From Natronospiraceae bacterium (GTDB taxonomy: Bacteria; Pseudomonadota; Gammaproteobacteria; Natronospirales; Natronospiraceae), in contig SLND01000033.1 in the NCBI GenBank assembly GCA_007133205.1, forward strand, positions 1 through 59,873: 59,873 nucleotides of DNA, given 5' to 3'. Under the pieces are notes generated by a model. The model did not search any database. It was not told the origin of the DNA and saw only the letters and a program-made list of their open reading frames with translations. Position numbers and translations under genes: made by a program. Positions 48,584 to 57,965 of this stretch are shown one piece after another. The number at the start of each line of letters is the position of its first letter. The stretch's first letter is position 1.

Positions 48584-49414
48584 ATGATGGACCTGTTTGG
48601 CGATTTCCGCTTGCATGAATTTGACCTGGGCATGGTGGCCCTGTCCTGGGTAGTGGCCGCCTTCGGGGCACTATCGGCATTTTCCACCGCACGTGGCATC
48701 GTCATGGACGGCCGCACCCATCCTGGCTGGCTGCTGCTGTCTGCGCTGATTCTCGGTGGGTGCACGGCCTGGGCCGCCTACTTCACCGGTCTCATGGCTT
48801 TGACCGCCGGAGAACCGGTGGCCTTCGACATCAGCCTGACCCTGGCTGCCTTCCTGATTCCGGTAATTGCCTTCATTCCCGGTATGTACCTGGCCTGGCG
48901 CTGGGGACACATTCCCGGCATGCTCCCGATCGGTGCCGTCTTTCTTGGCGTCGGACTGGCTGGAATGAACCATATTTCGGGCGATGTGCTGCGGGTGGAC
49001 GGACGAATCGTGCACGACGAATTCTTCCTGCTCGCGGGCACCTCGGCGGCCGTGCTCATCACCATCCTGGCGGTATTCCTCGCCCGCAGCCCAAGGGCGC
49101 TGCTGCGCTACCTGGCTGCCGGTATCATGGGGCTCGCCATTCCGGTGATGTATGTCATCAGCTTCGGTGGACTGGAGATCGTTCCGACCGAGGAGGCGGT
49201 GGACTATTTCACCAATGCCATCGCGCCGCAATTGATGCTGGGGCTGATCGCGGTCACCGTGCTGTTTTTCGCCTTGATGGGGCTCGGGCTGGGTCTGTCC
49301 CAGGAACAGGATCGGCAGCCGGCCGCCGCCCCGGAAGGAGATCGCTCGGAAGAGATTGCACAGGCAAGGGCCGAGATTCAGCGCCGACGTGAAGCCCTGA
49401 GGGAACGCCAATAG
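48584..49414 (+). CDS. MHYT-domain-like membrane protein without output domain
   Basis: ATG at 48584 with GGGAGGG upstream. About 7 TM helices with MHYT-like repeats (GLAGMNHISGD). C-terminal charged coiled-coil tail. Confidence 0.65.
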   Translation: MMDLFGDFRLHEFDLGMVALSWVVAAFGALSAFSTARGIVMDGRTHPGWLLLSALILGGCTAWAAYFTGLMALTAGEPVAFDISLTLAAFLIPVIAFIPGMYLAWRWGHIPGMLPIGAVFLGVGLAGMNHISGDVLRVDGRIVHDEFFLLAGTSAAVLITILAVFLARSPRALLRYLAAGIMGLAIPVMYVISFGGLEIVPTEEAVDYFTNAIAPQLMLGLIAVTVLFFALMGLGLGLSQEQDRQPAAAPEGDRSEEIAQARAEIQRRREALRERQ

Positions 49415-49436
49415 CCCATCTGCCTTGTGGGGGCGG

Positions 49437-50705
49437 CTACCAGCGCATGCGGCGTTCCTTGAGGAGCTTGCGCGCCTCGCGGAAGGGCACCGGGCGTGAC
49501 ATCAGGAAACCCTGACCGAAGTCGCACTCGATCCCGCGCAATGCGCCCAGTTCCCCCTTGGTTTCGATGCCTTCGGCAATGATTTCAAGCCCGAGTTCAC
49601 GCGCCATGCTGCCGATGGCCCGGACGATGCGAAAACTCTTGGCATCGGACTTCATGTTGGACACGAAGGCGCGGTCGATCTTCAGGCAGTCAAGCGGGAA
49701 CTGGTGCAGATAACTCATGCTGGAATAGCCCGTTCCAAAGTCATCCAGGGCGATCCGGACGCCGAAATCCCGCAGTCTTTGCAGGGCAACCGAGGCGTGG
49801 ACCGGATCGTCCACCAGCAGGTTTTCGGTAATCTCCAGCTTGATCCTTGCCGGTTCCACACCGGAGGCCTTGACCACCTCCCCGAGACGGTCGATTTCCC
49901 GGGTTTCCAGAAGCTGACGCCCTGACACGTTGACGCTCATGAACAGGGGCGCTTCCTGAAGGGCCAGTACCGGCGCAGTGCTCCGTCCCCAGCCACCCAG
50001 CCCGGAAAGGGGAGGACTGGGCGCGGCACCCCGGCGCCCGACCAGCATTTCAAAGGCCTTGAGGGCTTCCAGGGACTCCTGCAGTGCCCAGTGTCCCATC
50101 TCGACAATCTGCCCCGACTGCTCGGCCACCGGCATGAACTGGCCCGGTGAAACCAGCCCCTTGCGTGGATGCCGCCAGCGCATCAGGGCCTCGAAACCCG
50201 CGGTCTTGCCGGAAGCAATATTGATGATCGGCTGGTAATAGAGTTCGAATTCCCGGTTCTGGATGCCCCGGTCGATCGCCCGCTCCATGGCTTCACGCAA
50301 TCGTGTCTGATGCTCCAGGGTCCCCTCGTCCGGAGTCACCGCGTCGGCATGCTGGCGCATGAAGCGCTGGCTCCAGGCCACCCGTCCCAGATTCACTTCC
50401 AGCAGCTTGCGTGCCAGAGGCGAAGCCTCGCGCAGCGTTTCCTCCAGTTTCTGCGCTCCGATCACGATCAGGGTGCAGGCTTCGGCGGCGGTGGCGGTGG
50501 CGGTCCGCTCCTGCTCATGAATCAGTGCCAGCTCCCCGAACAGCTCACCCTGCCCCAGTTCCGCAACCACCACCTTGCGACCGCCTCGTTCGGTGGAGAT
50601 TTCCACCGAACCCGATTCGATCATGTAGGCATAGCGGCCCCGCTGGCCACGGCGAAAGATCACCTCCCCGGCCTCGAAATGTTCCTTGTGCAGATCTTCG
50701 CTCAT
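49437..50705 (-). CDS. Cyclic-nucleotide-binding domain / EAL c-di-GMP phosphodiesterase
   Basis: N-terminal cNMP-binding fold (FRRGQRGRYAYMIESGSVEI...GELFGELAL). The EAL domain has all catalytic motifs (FEALMRW, NVS, EITE, DDFGTGYSS, KIDR, EGIE, GQG). Confidence 0.9.
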   Translation of the reverse strand: MSEDLHKEHFEAGEVIFRRGQRGRYAYMIESGSVEISTERGGRKVVVAELGQGELFGELALIHEQERTATATAAEACTLIVIGAQKLEETLREASPLARKLLEVNLGRVAWSQRFMRQHADAVTPDEGTLEHQTRLREAMERAIDRGIQNREFELYYQPIINIASGKTAGFEALMRWRHPRKGLVSPGQFMPVAEQSGQIVEMGHWALQESLEALKAFEMLVGRRGAAPSPPLSGLGGWGRSTAPVLALQEAPLFMSVNVSGRQLLETREIDRLGEVVKASGVEPARIKLEITENLLVDDPVHASVALQRLRDFGVRIALDDFGTGYSSMSYLHQFPLDCLKIDRAFVSNMKSDAKSFRIVRAIGSMARELGLEIIAEGIETKGELGALRGIECDFGQGFLMSRPVPFREARKLLKERRMRW

Positions 50706-50783
50706 GGCCCGCCCCGTCAGCTGAACCCTTTTGCATTCTTCACAAGCTTAGGCAAATCAGGGCCCTACCGCAAAAGAAAGCGC

Positions 50784-50816
50784 AAAAAAAGCGGGGATGG
50801 TGCCACCACCCCCGCT
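50784..50816 (-). terminator. Rho-independent terminator ending the CHASE2-cyclase operon
   Basis: Minus strand: AGCGGGG..13-nt loop..CCCCGCT followed by TTTTTTT (A-run 50784-50790 on the + strand). Confidence 0.75.
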
Positions 50817-50839
50817 CATGGAATTGCCCGGAAGAGCCT

Positions 50840-52792
50840 TTATCCAGCCTCACAGGCCCCCGGCTCCGCCTCGATCAGGATGGCAATCGGGGCTTCTGCC
50901 TGGTTGCCTTCCGCGTCCTCACCGCTGATCTGCCCGGAAACCACTTCACAAGCTTCATCCGGGGTGAATCCGCTGAAATCCCAGGTATGGACCGGCATTT
51001 CGCCGTCCTCCGCCTGGGACTGGCTTACCTCGCCGGCGCAGTCAACCTGGCAAGTCCCCTCATCATATTCGAAGGAATAACTGACCGGATAGAAACCGTC
51101 GAAGGACAGGGCCAGCACCTCGATTTCGGCCGTGTCACCCAGTTGTACCGGCTCCGTCTTGGGTGCCGCACCGAGGATCGGCCCCAGGGGGACGAACTCC
51201 AGGTCGCGCATGCGCACGGTTTCACCGTCGTCACTGTCTTCGTCACCAGTGGCGCTGCCATCCACCTGGAAATTGATCGGCTCCGCGAGCAACGGGACGG
51301 CACCAATCGACAGCTCATAGGGCGCTTCGCATACCGCGGACATGGCATATTCACCGTCGCCGTCGGTCGTGGCCGTGTTCCAGTGCTCCGCGCCCATGCC
51401 CACTTCCCAGATCCACACGGTGGTATCCGGGCGAGGCGCATCGCCACCTTCTTCCATGACCCGGCCTTCGACCCGACACATATCGGGTCGATTCATGGTG
51501 AAGGTCTCGACATCGGCCGGACAACTGCCATCTTCCTCCCGTTCCACCAGGTCGATGGGCTCGCTGCGATACTCACGCGCTTCGTAATCCCAGAAACGCA
51601 GGCTTCCGGTCACGCCTCTTGCCCCTTCGAAGGCCACCGTATTCAGGGTGGCACTGCCATCACTGCGGGTCGCCCCGAAGGTCTCACGGAAATTCCGTTC
51701 TCCCTCGTAGGCCCCCAGCCAGAGGGCTATCCCCCCATGGCCACGGCCTTCGTCGTCCTCGATGCGCACCCGGCCGCACATGGGCGTCGGGTCTTCGAGG
51801 GCGTAGCTCAGGCTCCACCATGGCTGATCGAGGCCTTCCGGGGGCGCCTCATAGACCAGGCGGTAATCACCGTCCCGGCATTCATTGAGGCCAAAGCCCA
51901 CCGCGTTGCCATCCTCGTCCTGGAGCTCGGCGTAACCCATGTCGGTCCAGGCGCCGGCATCCTTGTCATAGCTATGGACGGGCACCTGGAAACTGGCGTC
52001 CGGCCCCCCATCACCCAGAGCCGCCATGACCGAGCAACCCGAGGCAGGCACACGACGGGAAAAGTCCGGTCCCCTGGCGCCATCCGCAAGAATATCGCCC
52101 AGACTGACCCCACCCTGGCTCAGGCTGGCGTAATCGAAGGCCACTACCGCCAGGCTGTTGCCACCCACATCCTCGTAGTCACCGGGATACATGGCAGCAT
52201 CATCCGCACTGCCGCTGTCGAACAGACTGAAGCGGCCGGTGACCGCCGAATCGGGATCCGGGAAACTGACCGGCTCCAGATCCACCCGCAGGGTCTCGGC
52301 AGGCCCGCTGATCAGCTCGTTTGGCGGGAGGACGTGGTCGGTCAACAGGCTGCGGATCTCGCCGCGCAGATCCAGGTCTCCCGGCTCATCGTAATGCAGC
52401 CGCCGGGAATAACCGGTGACTTCGGGACCATCCACGTCCACGATCACATAGCCGCCTTCCGCCAGAAGATCGACCCGGACACTGAAGACTTCCCGGCCAC
52501 CTACCTCGCTGACCAGCGACGTGGTGCGATCGATTTCCTGTCCATGATCGGAAAAGGAGCGTACCCGGACCGTGACTTCCTCATCGGCGCCACCCATCGC
52601 CATGGGCGCCTCGGCACCGGGTGTGGGCGCGTCATCGCCGTCATCGTCGTCGTCGGAATCGGAGCGGGAAACACTGCCGCTAAGGGTAGACGATGTGGCG
52701 CCCTCGTCGTCATCACTGTCATCGCCGCTGAAACAGCCTGTCGCCAGGACGGCTGCGACAACGAGGGACAGAAACAGTTTCCACAGATGCAT
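50840..52792 (-). CDS. Large acidic lipoprotein, function unknown
   Basis: ATG at 52792 with GGGAGGGGAG upstream. Lipobox VLATGC. Poly-Asp linkers (DDSDDDE, SDSDDDDDGDD). One CarboxypepD_reg-like segment (GRVMEE...TTDGDGEYAM). No catalytic motif seen. Confidence 0.7.
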   Translation of the reverse strand: MHLWKLFLSLVVAAVLATGCFSGDDSDDDEGATSSTLSGSVSRSDSDDDDDGDDAPTPGAEAPMAMGGADEEVTVRVRSFSDHGQEIDRTTSLVSEVGGREVFSVRVDLLAEGGYVIVDVDGPEVTGYSRRLHYDEPGDLDLRGEIRSLLTDHVLPPNELISGPAETLRVDLEPVSFPDPDSAVTGRFSLFDSGSADDAAMYPGDYEDVGGNSLAVVAFDYASLSQGGVSLGDILADGARGPDFSRRVPASGCSVMAALGDGGPDASFQVPVHSYDKDAGAWTDMGYAELQDEDGNAVGFGLNECRDGDYRLVYEAPPEGLDQPWWSLSYALEDPTPMCGRVRIEDDEGRGHGGIALWLGAYEGERNFRETFGATRSDGSATLNTVAFEGARGVTGSLRFWDYEAREYRSEPIDLVEREEDGSCPADVETFTMNRPDMCRVEGRVMEEGGDAPRPDTTVWIWEVGMGAEHWNTATTDGDGEYAMSAVCEAPYELSIGAVPLLAEPINFQVDGSATGDEDSDDGETVRMRDLEFVPLGPILGAAPKTEPVQLGDTAEIEVLALSFDGFYPVSYSFEYDEGTCQVDCAGEVSQSQAEDGEMPVHTWDFSGFTPDEACEVVSGQISGEDAEGNQAEAPIAILIEAEPGACEAG

Positions 52793-52961
52793 GAGACTCC
52801 CCTCCCGGGAACGGTTTTTCCATTTGATCCTGTCGCCATTGTGGCTCATGAGCGGGGGGGCGCAAGTCCCCATTTGGGGTCCCCCGCGAGTCCCCCAGGC
52901 CGGCGGCCTCCCCACCCTCGCGCAAGTCACTCAATGCGCGAATGGACTGACCAGAGGTGCC

Positions 52962-54317
52962 TTAGAAATTATAGCTGCTGGACAGGAAGATGCTGGTACT
53001 GGAGGCACGGACGTCCTGGGGGGGGCGATCCACCGGAAGCACCTGCCCCTGGCCGCTGCCCTGACTGTGCGCCACCCCCAGGGTGATGGAAGAATTGCGG
53101 GAAAAACGGGCGAGGCTGAGACTGCCCCCCACGTAATTCACATGGTCGAATCTCTCTACCTGCGACGGGGTATTGGCCCGATTGGTGTAGATGCCTCCAC
53201 GAAGGGCCCAGCGGCTGTTGAGATAGTATTCAGTCCCCAGTGCGGCATTCCAGGTCGCCTGCACCGTCCGCCCGCGAACCACGTCCCGGTGCTCGGTGTG
53301 ATAACTGAAATCCGCACTGATCATCCAGCGCGGGCTGTGGAACCAGGCCACGCCTACGCGGGTTTCCCAGGGATGCTCCCGCCGGGTGTCGGATTCAGAT
53401 TCCTCGTGCCGGACCTCTCCTTCCTGGCAGAGAAAGGCTTCCCGGGTACCGTCGGGCGGGTCGGTGGCCGAGGAACCATGGCAGATCAGGATGTTGTAAT
53501 TGTCCGCACTGATAATCTGCGTGCCGCGGATGCTGGCGCCTATCGCCCACTGATCGGTGACATCCCACATGATGCCCAGTACCGGCCGCAGGCCCCATTC
53601 ATCGTTCTGATCCTGGACATAACGCCATTCGGTGTCGGGGGGACCGCCATTGCCGAAATCCTCGATCACGAGCTGGTTGTTGATCACTTCCTGCTCGCGA
53701 AAGTACACATACAGGCTGCCGCCTATGGACACATCGTCGGTGAGCTCCAGGGCCCAGGAGGGACCGATCTTGTACTCGGTCTGGGAATCGTTGAGATTGA
53801 TGGTGAACTGTTCCCAGGGTTCCTCCTCGACAGTAAAGGTCTGGTCCTGATCCTCGCGGATGAGGTCGGTCACCACGAAGGAGAAGCCCACCACCCCACG
53901 CTCGATCGGCTGGACAATTCCGAAGAAATTGGGAATCAGCGCCGCCGAATCACGCCGCCAGTCGTCATCGCCGAGCACATCGCGATAGGTCGTGCTCGTC
54001 TCGTGCCAGGCGTTGACACTGCCGGAAAGGTTCCGGTCTCCGGCGTGCACAATTCCCGCCGGATTGTAGTACAGGCCGGCGGTGTCATCGGACACGGCGG
54101 TATAGGCCCCGCCCATGCCGGCGGCACGATCACCGATCAGGATATCCCGGTAATGAAACTCATCGCCCAGGGCTTTCGCCGGCACCAGCATGGCGGAGCC
54201 TGTAATGCAGACCGCCAGAAGCAGAAGAGATTGGCGGAGCGGCTCCGGCGACAGCCGGTGACACTCATCGCACATGACGGGCAAAGCGTTCCTCCCGGGC
54301 AGGTTGCTCGAGGCCAT
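52962..54317 (-). CDS. FadL/TodX/OmpP1-like outer-membrane beta-barrel protein
   Basis: AAGMGGAYTAVSDDTAGLYYNPAGI N-terminal signature, alternating beta-strand pattern and C-terminal SSSYNF. Start is 54317 or 54275, and either overlaps the M48 gene end. Confidence 0.75.
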   Translation of the reverse strand: MASSNLPGRNALPVMCDECHRLSPEPLRQSLLLLAVCITGSAMLVPAKALGDEFHYRDILIGDRAAGMGGAYTAVSDDTAGLYYNPAGIVHAGDRNLSGSVNAWHETSTTYRDVLGDDDWRRDSAALIPNFFGIVQPIERGVVGFSFVVTDLIREDQDQTFTVEEEPWEQFTINLNDSQTEYKIGPSWALELTDDVSIGGSLYVYFREQEVINNQLVIEDFGNGGPPDTEWRYVQDQNDEWGLRPVLGIMWDVTDQWAIGASIRGTQIISADNYNILICHGSSATDPPDGTREAFLCQEGEVRHEESESDTRREHPWETRVGVAWFHSPRWMISADFSYHTEHRDVVRGRTVQATWNAALGTEYYLNSRWALRGGIYTNRANTPSQVERFDHVNYVGGSLSLARFSRNSSITLGVAHSQGSGQGQVLPVDRPPQDVRASSTSIFLSSSYNF

Positions 54318-55158
54318 CGATGCCCTGTTCCTCCATCAGGCGCTCCAGGGCTTCCAGGCGTTCGCTCGCGGGTGGATGCGTGCGCGCCACGGTCTCCACC
54401 GCGTCCTTGTCGTCTTCCTCGAATTCGGCCAGACGGGCGAGATAGCGGGGCAGACCGGCCGGATCATACCCTGTCCGCACGGCCAGCATGAGGCCGTGAT
54501 GATCGGCATCCAGTTCATCCTCGCGCCGCAGGCCATCCTCGAACAGCACGTCCATGACCTGGTCCACCGCTTCCGAAAAGGCGACCCGGGCGACTTCCGT
54601 TGCCCCCCCGAAAAAGCGCGTGATCCCGGCAAGCGGGCTGTCCTCGGGGGCGCGGATGTCGAGGGCATCGACGATATGGCGGCGGGTGATATGCGCGATC
54701 TCGTGGGCGAGTACTCCGGCCAGTTCGGCCTCGTCGCGCATCTCTTTCAGGGCCCCGCGGGTGACGAATACATAGCCACCCGGCGCGGCATAGGCATTGA
54801 CCTCATCGGAATCGGTCACGGCGAAGTACCAGGACAGCTCCGATCGGTCACCGTGAGCGGCGACGGCACTGCCCACCAGGTTCACGTAGCGCTGGAGTTC
54901 CGGATCTTCCACCAGGGGATCACGGGCCAGGATGCGGGCCGCCACTTCCCGCCCGACCCGGATTTCCGCCTGCAGATCGGCTTCGGTACGCGGGTCCTCG
55001 GCGAGCATGTGAAGACGATCCCGCGGCGAGCTTTCTTCCTCGGCCGCGGCGGGCGCCAGCACGCCCATCAGGCACAGCGCCAGGAACCCGGCAAGACCGC
55101 GCCAGGCCCAGGAGCCGGCGAAACGGGCCGGATTTCGTTCACCTCGCGCCCGAGTCAC
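54265..55158 (-). CDS. M48-family zinc metalloprotease, exported
   Basis: Signal peptide, then HEIAHITRRH (HExxH). NAYAAPGGYVFVTRG is typical of the M48 BepA/LoiP clade. Confidence 0.88.
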   Translation of the reverse strand: MTRARGERNPARFAGSWAWRGLAGFLALCLMGVLAPAAAEEESSPRDRLHMLAEDPRTEADLQAEIRVGREVAARILARDPLVEDPELQRYVNLVGSAVAAHGDRSELSWYFAVTDSDEVNAYAAPGGYVFVTRGALKEMRDEAELAGVLAHEIAHITRRHIVDALDIRAPEDSPLAGITRFFGGATEVARVAFSEAVDQVMDVLFEDGLRREDELDADHHGLMLAVRTGYDPAGLPRYLARLAEFEEDDKDAVETVARTHPPASERLEALERLMEEQGIDGLEQPAREERFARHVR

Positions 55159-55637
55159 GATTCGGCGTCCTCGTCCCGCTCGTGCAGGAACCGGATGGCT
55201 TCCTCGGTGGAGACACCCTGGGCTTCAAGCGCATGGAGCTGGTCCACGTCCACGTTTTCGTCGGCGACCAGTTCCTCGTCCTCTTCCAGGCTGCGTACCC
55301 CGCCGGCAGTGGCCACCGCGGAGGCCCGGCGCCGACCTTCCATCTCCAGTTCCTCGTCACCGTGCAGCGGGCTCACCCGGGCCGAGGGTTCGCTGTCCCC
55401 CAGCAGCAAGGTCGAGACCCAGCCTTCCAGTTCGCCGGCCCGGATTTCGAGCCAGTCTCCTTCCTCGGAAAGCCGTTCGACGGGATCACCGCGTTGCAGC
55501 TCCCCCACGCGCGCCGCATCGAAGGCCGGCGTTTCGAAGACTTCCGCCCGCTCACTCTGGACATAGCGGGTATCTTCAGCCGCCAATACCCCCGAAACCA
55601 TCAGCAGTCCCAACAGGATTCCCAGGCGAATCAACAT
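55155..55637 (-). CDS. Exported bacterial SH3 (SH3b) domain protein with acidic tail
   Basis: ATG at 55637 with GGGAGGGAG upstream. Signal peptide MLIRLGILLGLLMVSGVLAA. SH3b-like GDPVERLSEEGDWLEIRAGELEGWV. The stop overlaps the M48 start (ATGA). Confidence 0.7.
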   Translation of the reverse strand: MLIRLGILLGLLMVSGVLAAEDTRYVQSERAEVFETPAFDAARVGELQRGDPVERLSEEGDWLEIRAGELEGWVSTLLLGDSEPSARVSPLHGDEELEMEGRRRASAVATAGGVRSLEEDEELVADENVDVDQLHALEAQGVSTEEAIRFLHERDEDAES

Positions 55638-55685
55638 TTCACTCCCTCCCGGCCGCCGGGCTCTCTCCGGCAAGGCCATGCCACA

Positions 55686-57866
55686 TCATTTGCTGTCCAG
55701 GGTCCAGACCCCGTCCCATTCCTCCGGCGCCCCATCCCGCATGAACTGCTCACAACGGGCAAGAAACAGCTGCCGGATCGGATCCCCGTCGGGCAGGCGC
55801 TGCCAGGCCTCCAGGGCCTCGGCCCAGTGCCCGGCCCGGTAATGCACCCAGGCCGCCTCGGTCGCTTCCTGAACCTCGCGGGCCCACTCATGCCTGGCCG
55901 GCTCATCTCCGGGCACGGCCAGGGGACGCCAGATCCCGATGGCCTCACGCTTGCCCTTCACCCGCACCTGATCCACCAGCGCGCAGGAAAATTCCGCCGG
56001 CAATGCCTCCCGGGTGGTCTCGGAAATCAGCACCGGGCAAGCGTATTTCGAGGTCAGGCCCTCGATCCGAGACCCCAGATTCACGTTATCACCAATCACA
56101 GTGTAGTCCAGCTTGCGCTCGGAGCCGATATTGCCCAGCACGACCTCCCCGGTGTGCAACCCCAGCCCGGTGTGAAGCACCGGCTCGCCATCCGCCTCCA
56201 GGCGGCGGTTGAAGGCCTCCAGACGACGGTGGATGGCAACTGCCGCGAGTACCGCGCGCTCGGCGTGGTCCGTCACCCGGATCGGTGCACCCCAGAAGGC
56301 CATCACCGCATCCCCGATGAACTTGTCCAGGGTGCCTTCGTACTCGAAGATCACCTCGGTCACTTCGGAAAAATAACGGTTCAGTAGCCCCACTACCTGT
56401 TCGGGCGGATAATGCTCGGAAATCGAGGTAAACCCGCGGATATCGGTGAAAAGCAGGGTCACGGGCTCGGAGCGGCCCACCTCGGCATGAACATGATCCT
56501 CGAAGCGCTCCATCACTTCGGCCAGCACCGCCGGAGAAACGTACTGGGAGAGCATCCGGCGCACCCGCCGCTTGTCCCGTCCCTCGGTGGCGGAAACATA
56601 GGCCAGACCTGCCAGGCCACTGACCACGATCGCCGCGGAAGGGGCAACCACGTCGACCACCAGATTCTGGCTGAACAGCCATATCGAGACCCCGCCCCAC
56701 ATCACCAGCAACACGCCGGGTGGAGCAAATTGCAGGACCGGGCGGCGCATGGCGAGCGCTGCCGCCGTGAACAGGGCAAAGACCATTACCAGCACGCGGG
56801 CAAGCCAGTCGGGTGCCGCCTGCAGGAAATCCGCCTCCAGGTAATTGGCGGCCAGGGTCGCGTGGAGATTCACCCCGGGCATGTTGCTGTCGACCGGCGT
56901 GTGCTTGATGTCACCCAGGCCCACCGCCGAGGCCCCGAGATAAACAATCCGATCCTCGAATTCCGCCGGATTAATCAGCATGCCGTCCACGTCCCCGGCC
57001 TGCAGGCGTTCGCGTGAGGCGAATACGCCACCCAGCGAATAGGCCGGCACCTCGCCGTAGAAATTGAGCAGGGCCCGTCCATCCTCGCCCACGGGAATCC
57101 TGCGGGAGCCGATCTCGAGTTTGCTTCCCTCCAGCCGCGGCACCGCCTCCTGCGCGTCCTCCCCTTCTCCCTGCAGCAGCGGGCTGAGCCCGAGGGAGCT
57201 GTACAGCGCCCACTGGTAGGGCGTGACCGGGTGTGCCCGCCGGTGAACACCATCCGGATCCCCATCCATGGCGATATTCCCGACCCCTGCCGCCGCCTGG
57301 AAAAGGCCGTCAAAGGGGAGGACCACCGAGTTATAGCCCGGATTGGGAAAAGCTCCCGCCGGGCCTATCGCATGCAGGAGGTGAAAATCATCGGGCATGA
57401 CCCGCTCTTCCAGGGCCTCGCCGCCTTCATCCGGCACGTTGCGCCATATCTGGAAGGCGTGGTGGACGTTTTCCGCGCCCGCCGTGCTCTCGATCAGGGC
57501 ACGATCGTCCTCACCCAGGCCGAGCTCCCCTCTTTGCTGGCGTTCGGCAAAGAGGAAATCGAGGACAATGGCACGGGGTTCGCCCAGGGACAGGAAATCG
57601 ATCAGGTCGGCATAGACGCCACGCGGCCAGGGAAAACGTCCCAGTCGCGGCTCCCACATTTCGAGGGTGTCGTCATCCAGGTGAATGATCGCGACATCCT
57701 GCGGGATTTCGGCATCCGAACGGGTCACCAGCATGCGTGCATCATGGCTCATCCATTCGGCACGCTTGAGCGATCCGGTCTCATGCAGAGCCAGTACTGC
57801 CAAACCGGCCAGCAGCCCCGTGACCAGCAACCAGGCGATATGCTTCTGGCGACGCGAAAGTTTCAT
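55686..57866 (-). CDS. CHASE2 sensor / class III adenylate(guanylate) cyclase
   Basis: ATG at 57866. N-terminal TM, periplasmic CHASE2, then a 3-TM block. Cyclase motifs are LLFTDIRGFT, DKFIGDAVMAFWG and TVIGDNVNLGSRIE. Confidence 0.9.
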   Translation of the reverse strand: MKLSRRQKHIAWLLVTGLLAGLAVLALHETGSLKRAEWMSHDARMLVTRSDAEIPQDVAIIHLDDDTLEMWEPRLGRFPWPRGVYADLIDFLSLGEPRAIVLDFLFAERQQRGELGLGEDDRALIESTAGAENVHHAFQIWRNVPDEGGEALEERVMPDDFHLLHAIGPAGAFPNPGYNSVVLPFDGLFQAAAGVGNIAMDGDPDGVHRRAHPVTPYQWALYSSLGLSPLLQGEGEDAQEAVPRLEGSKLEIGSRRIPVGEDGRALLNFYGEVPAYSLGGVFASRERLQAGDVDGMLINPAEFEDRIVYLGASAVGLGDIKHTPVDSNMPGVNLHATLAANYLEADFLQAAPDWLARVLVMVFALFTAAALAMRRPVLQFAPPGVLLVMWGGVSIWLFSQNLVVDVVAPSAAIVVSGLAGLAYVSATEGRDKRRVRRMLSQYVSPAVLAEVMERFEDHVHAEVGRSEPVTLLFTDIRGFTSISEHYPPEQVVGLLNRYFSEVTEVIFEYEGTLDKFIGDAVMAFWGAPIRVTDHAERAVLAAVAIHRRLEAFNRRLEADGEPVLHTGLGLHTGEVVLGNIGSERKLDYTVIGDNVNLGSRIEGLTSKYACPVLISETTREALPAEFSCALVDQVRVKGKREAIGIWRPLAVPGDEPARHEWAREVQEATEAAWVHYRAGHWAEALEAWQRLPDGDPIRQLFLARCEQFMRDGAPEEWDGVWTLDSK

Positions 57867-57965
57867 TGTGCCAGTGTAGCCGCTGACCCGCCTTCGTCCC
57901 AGCAATCAACCCCCTAGGGCGTGTTAATCTGGATTTCCACATCCTGGCAGAGACAGGGGGCACCC

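Noticed and set aside
50411-54491. Very long + strand ORFs (50411..53086, 891 aa; 52572..54491, 639 aa)
   Set aside because: Antisense to the lipoprotein, barrel and M48 genes. Pro/Arg/Gly/Ala-rich low-information translations with no motifs.
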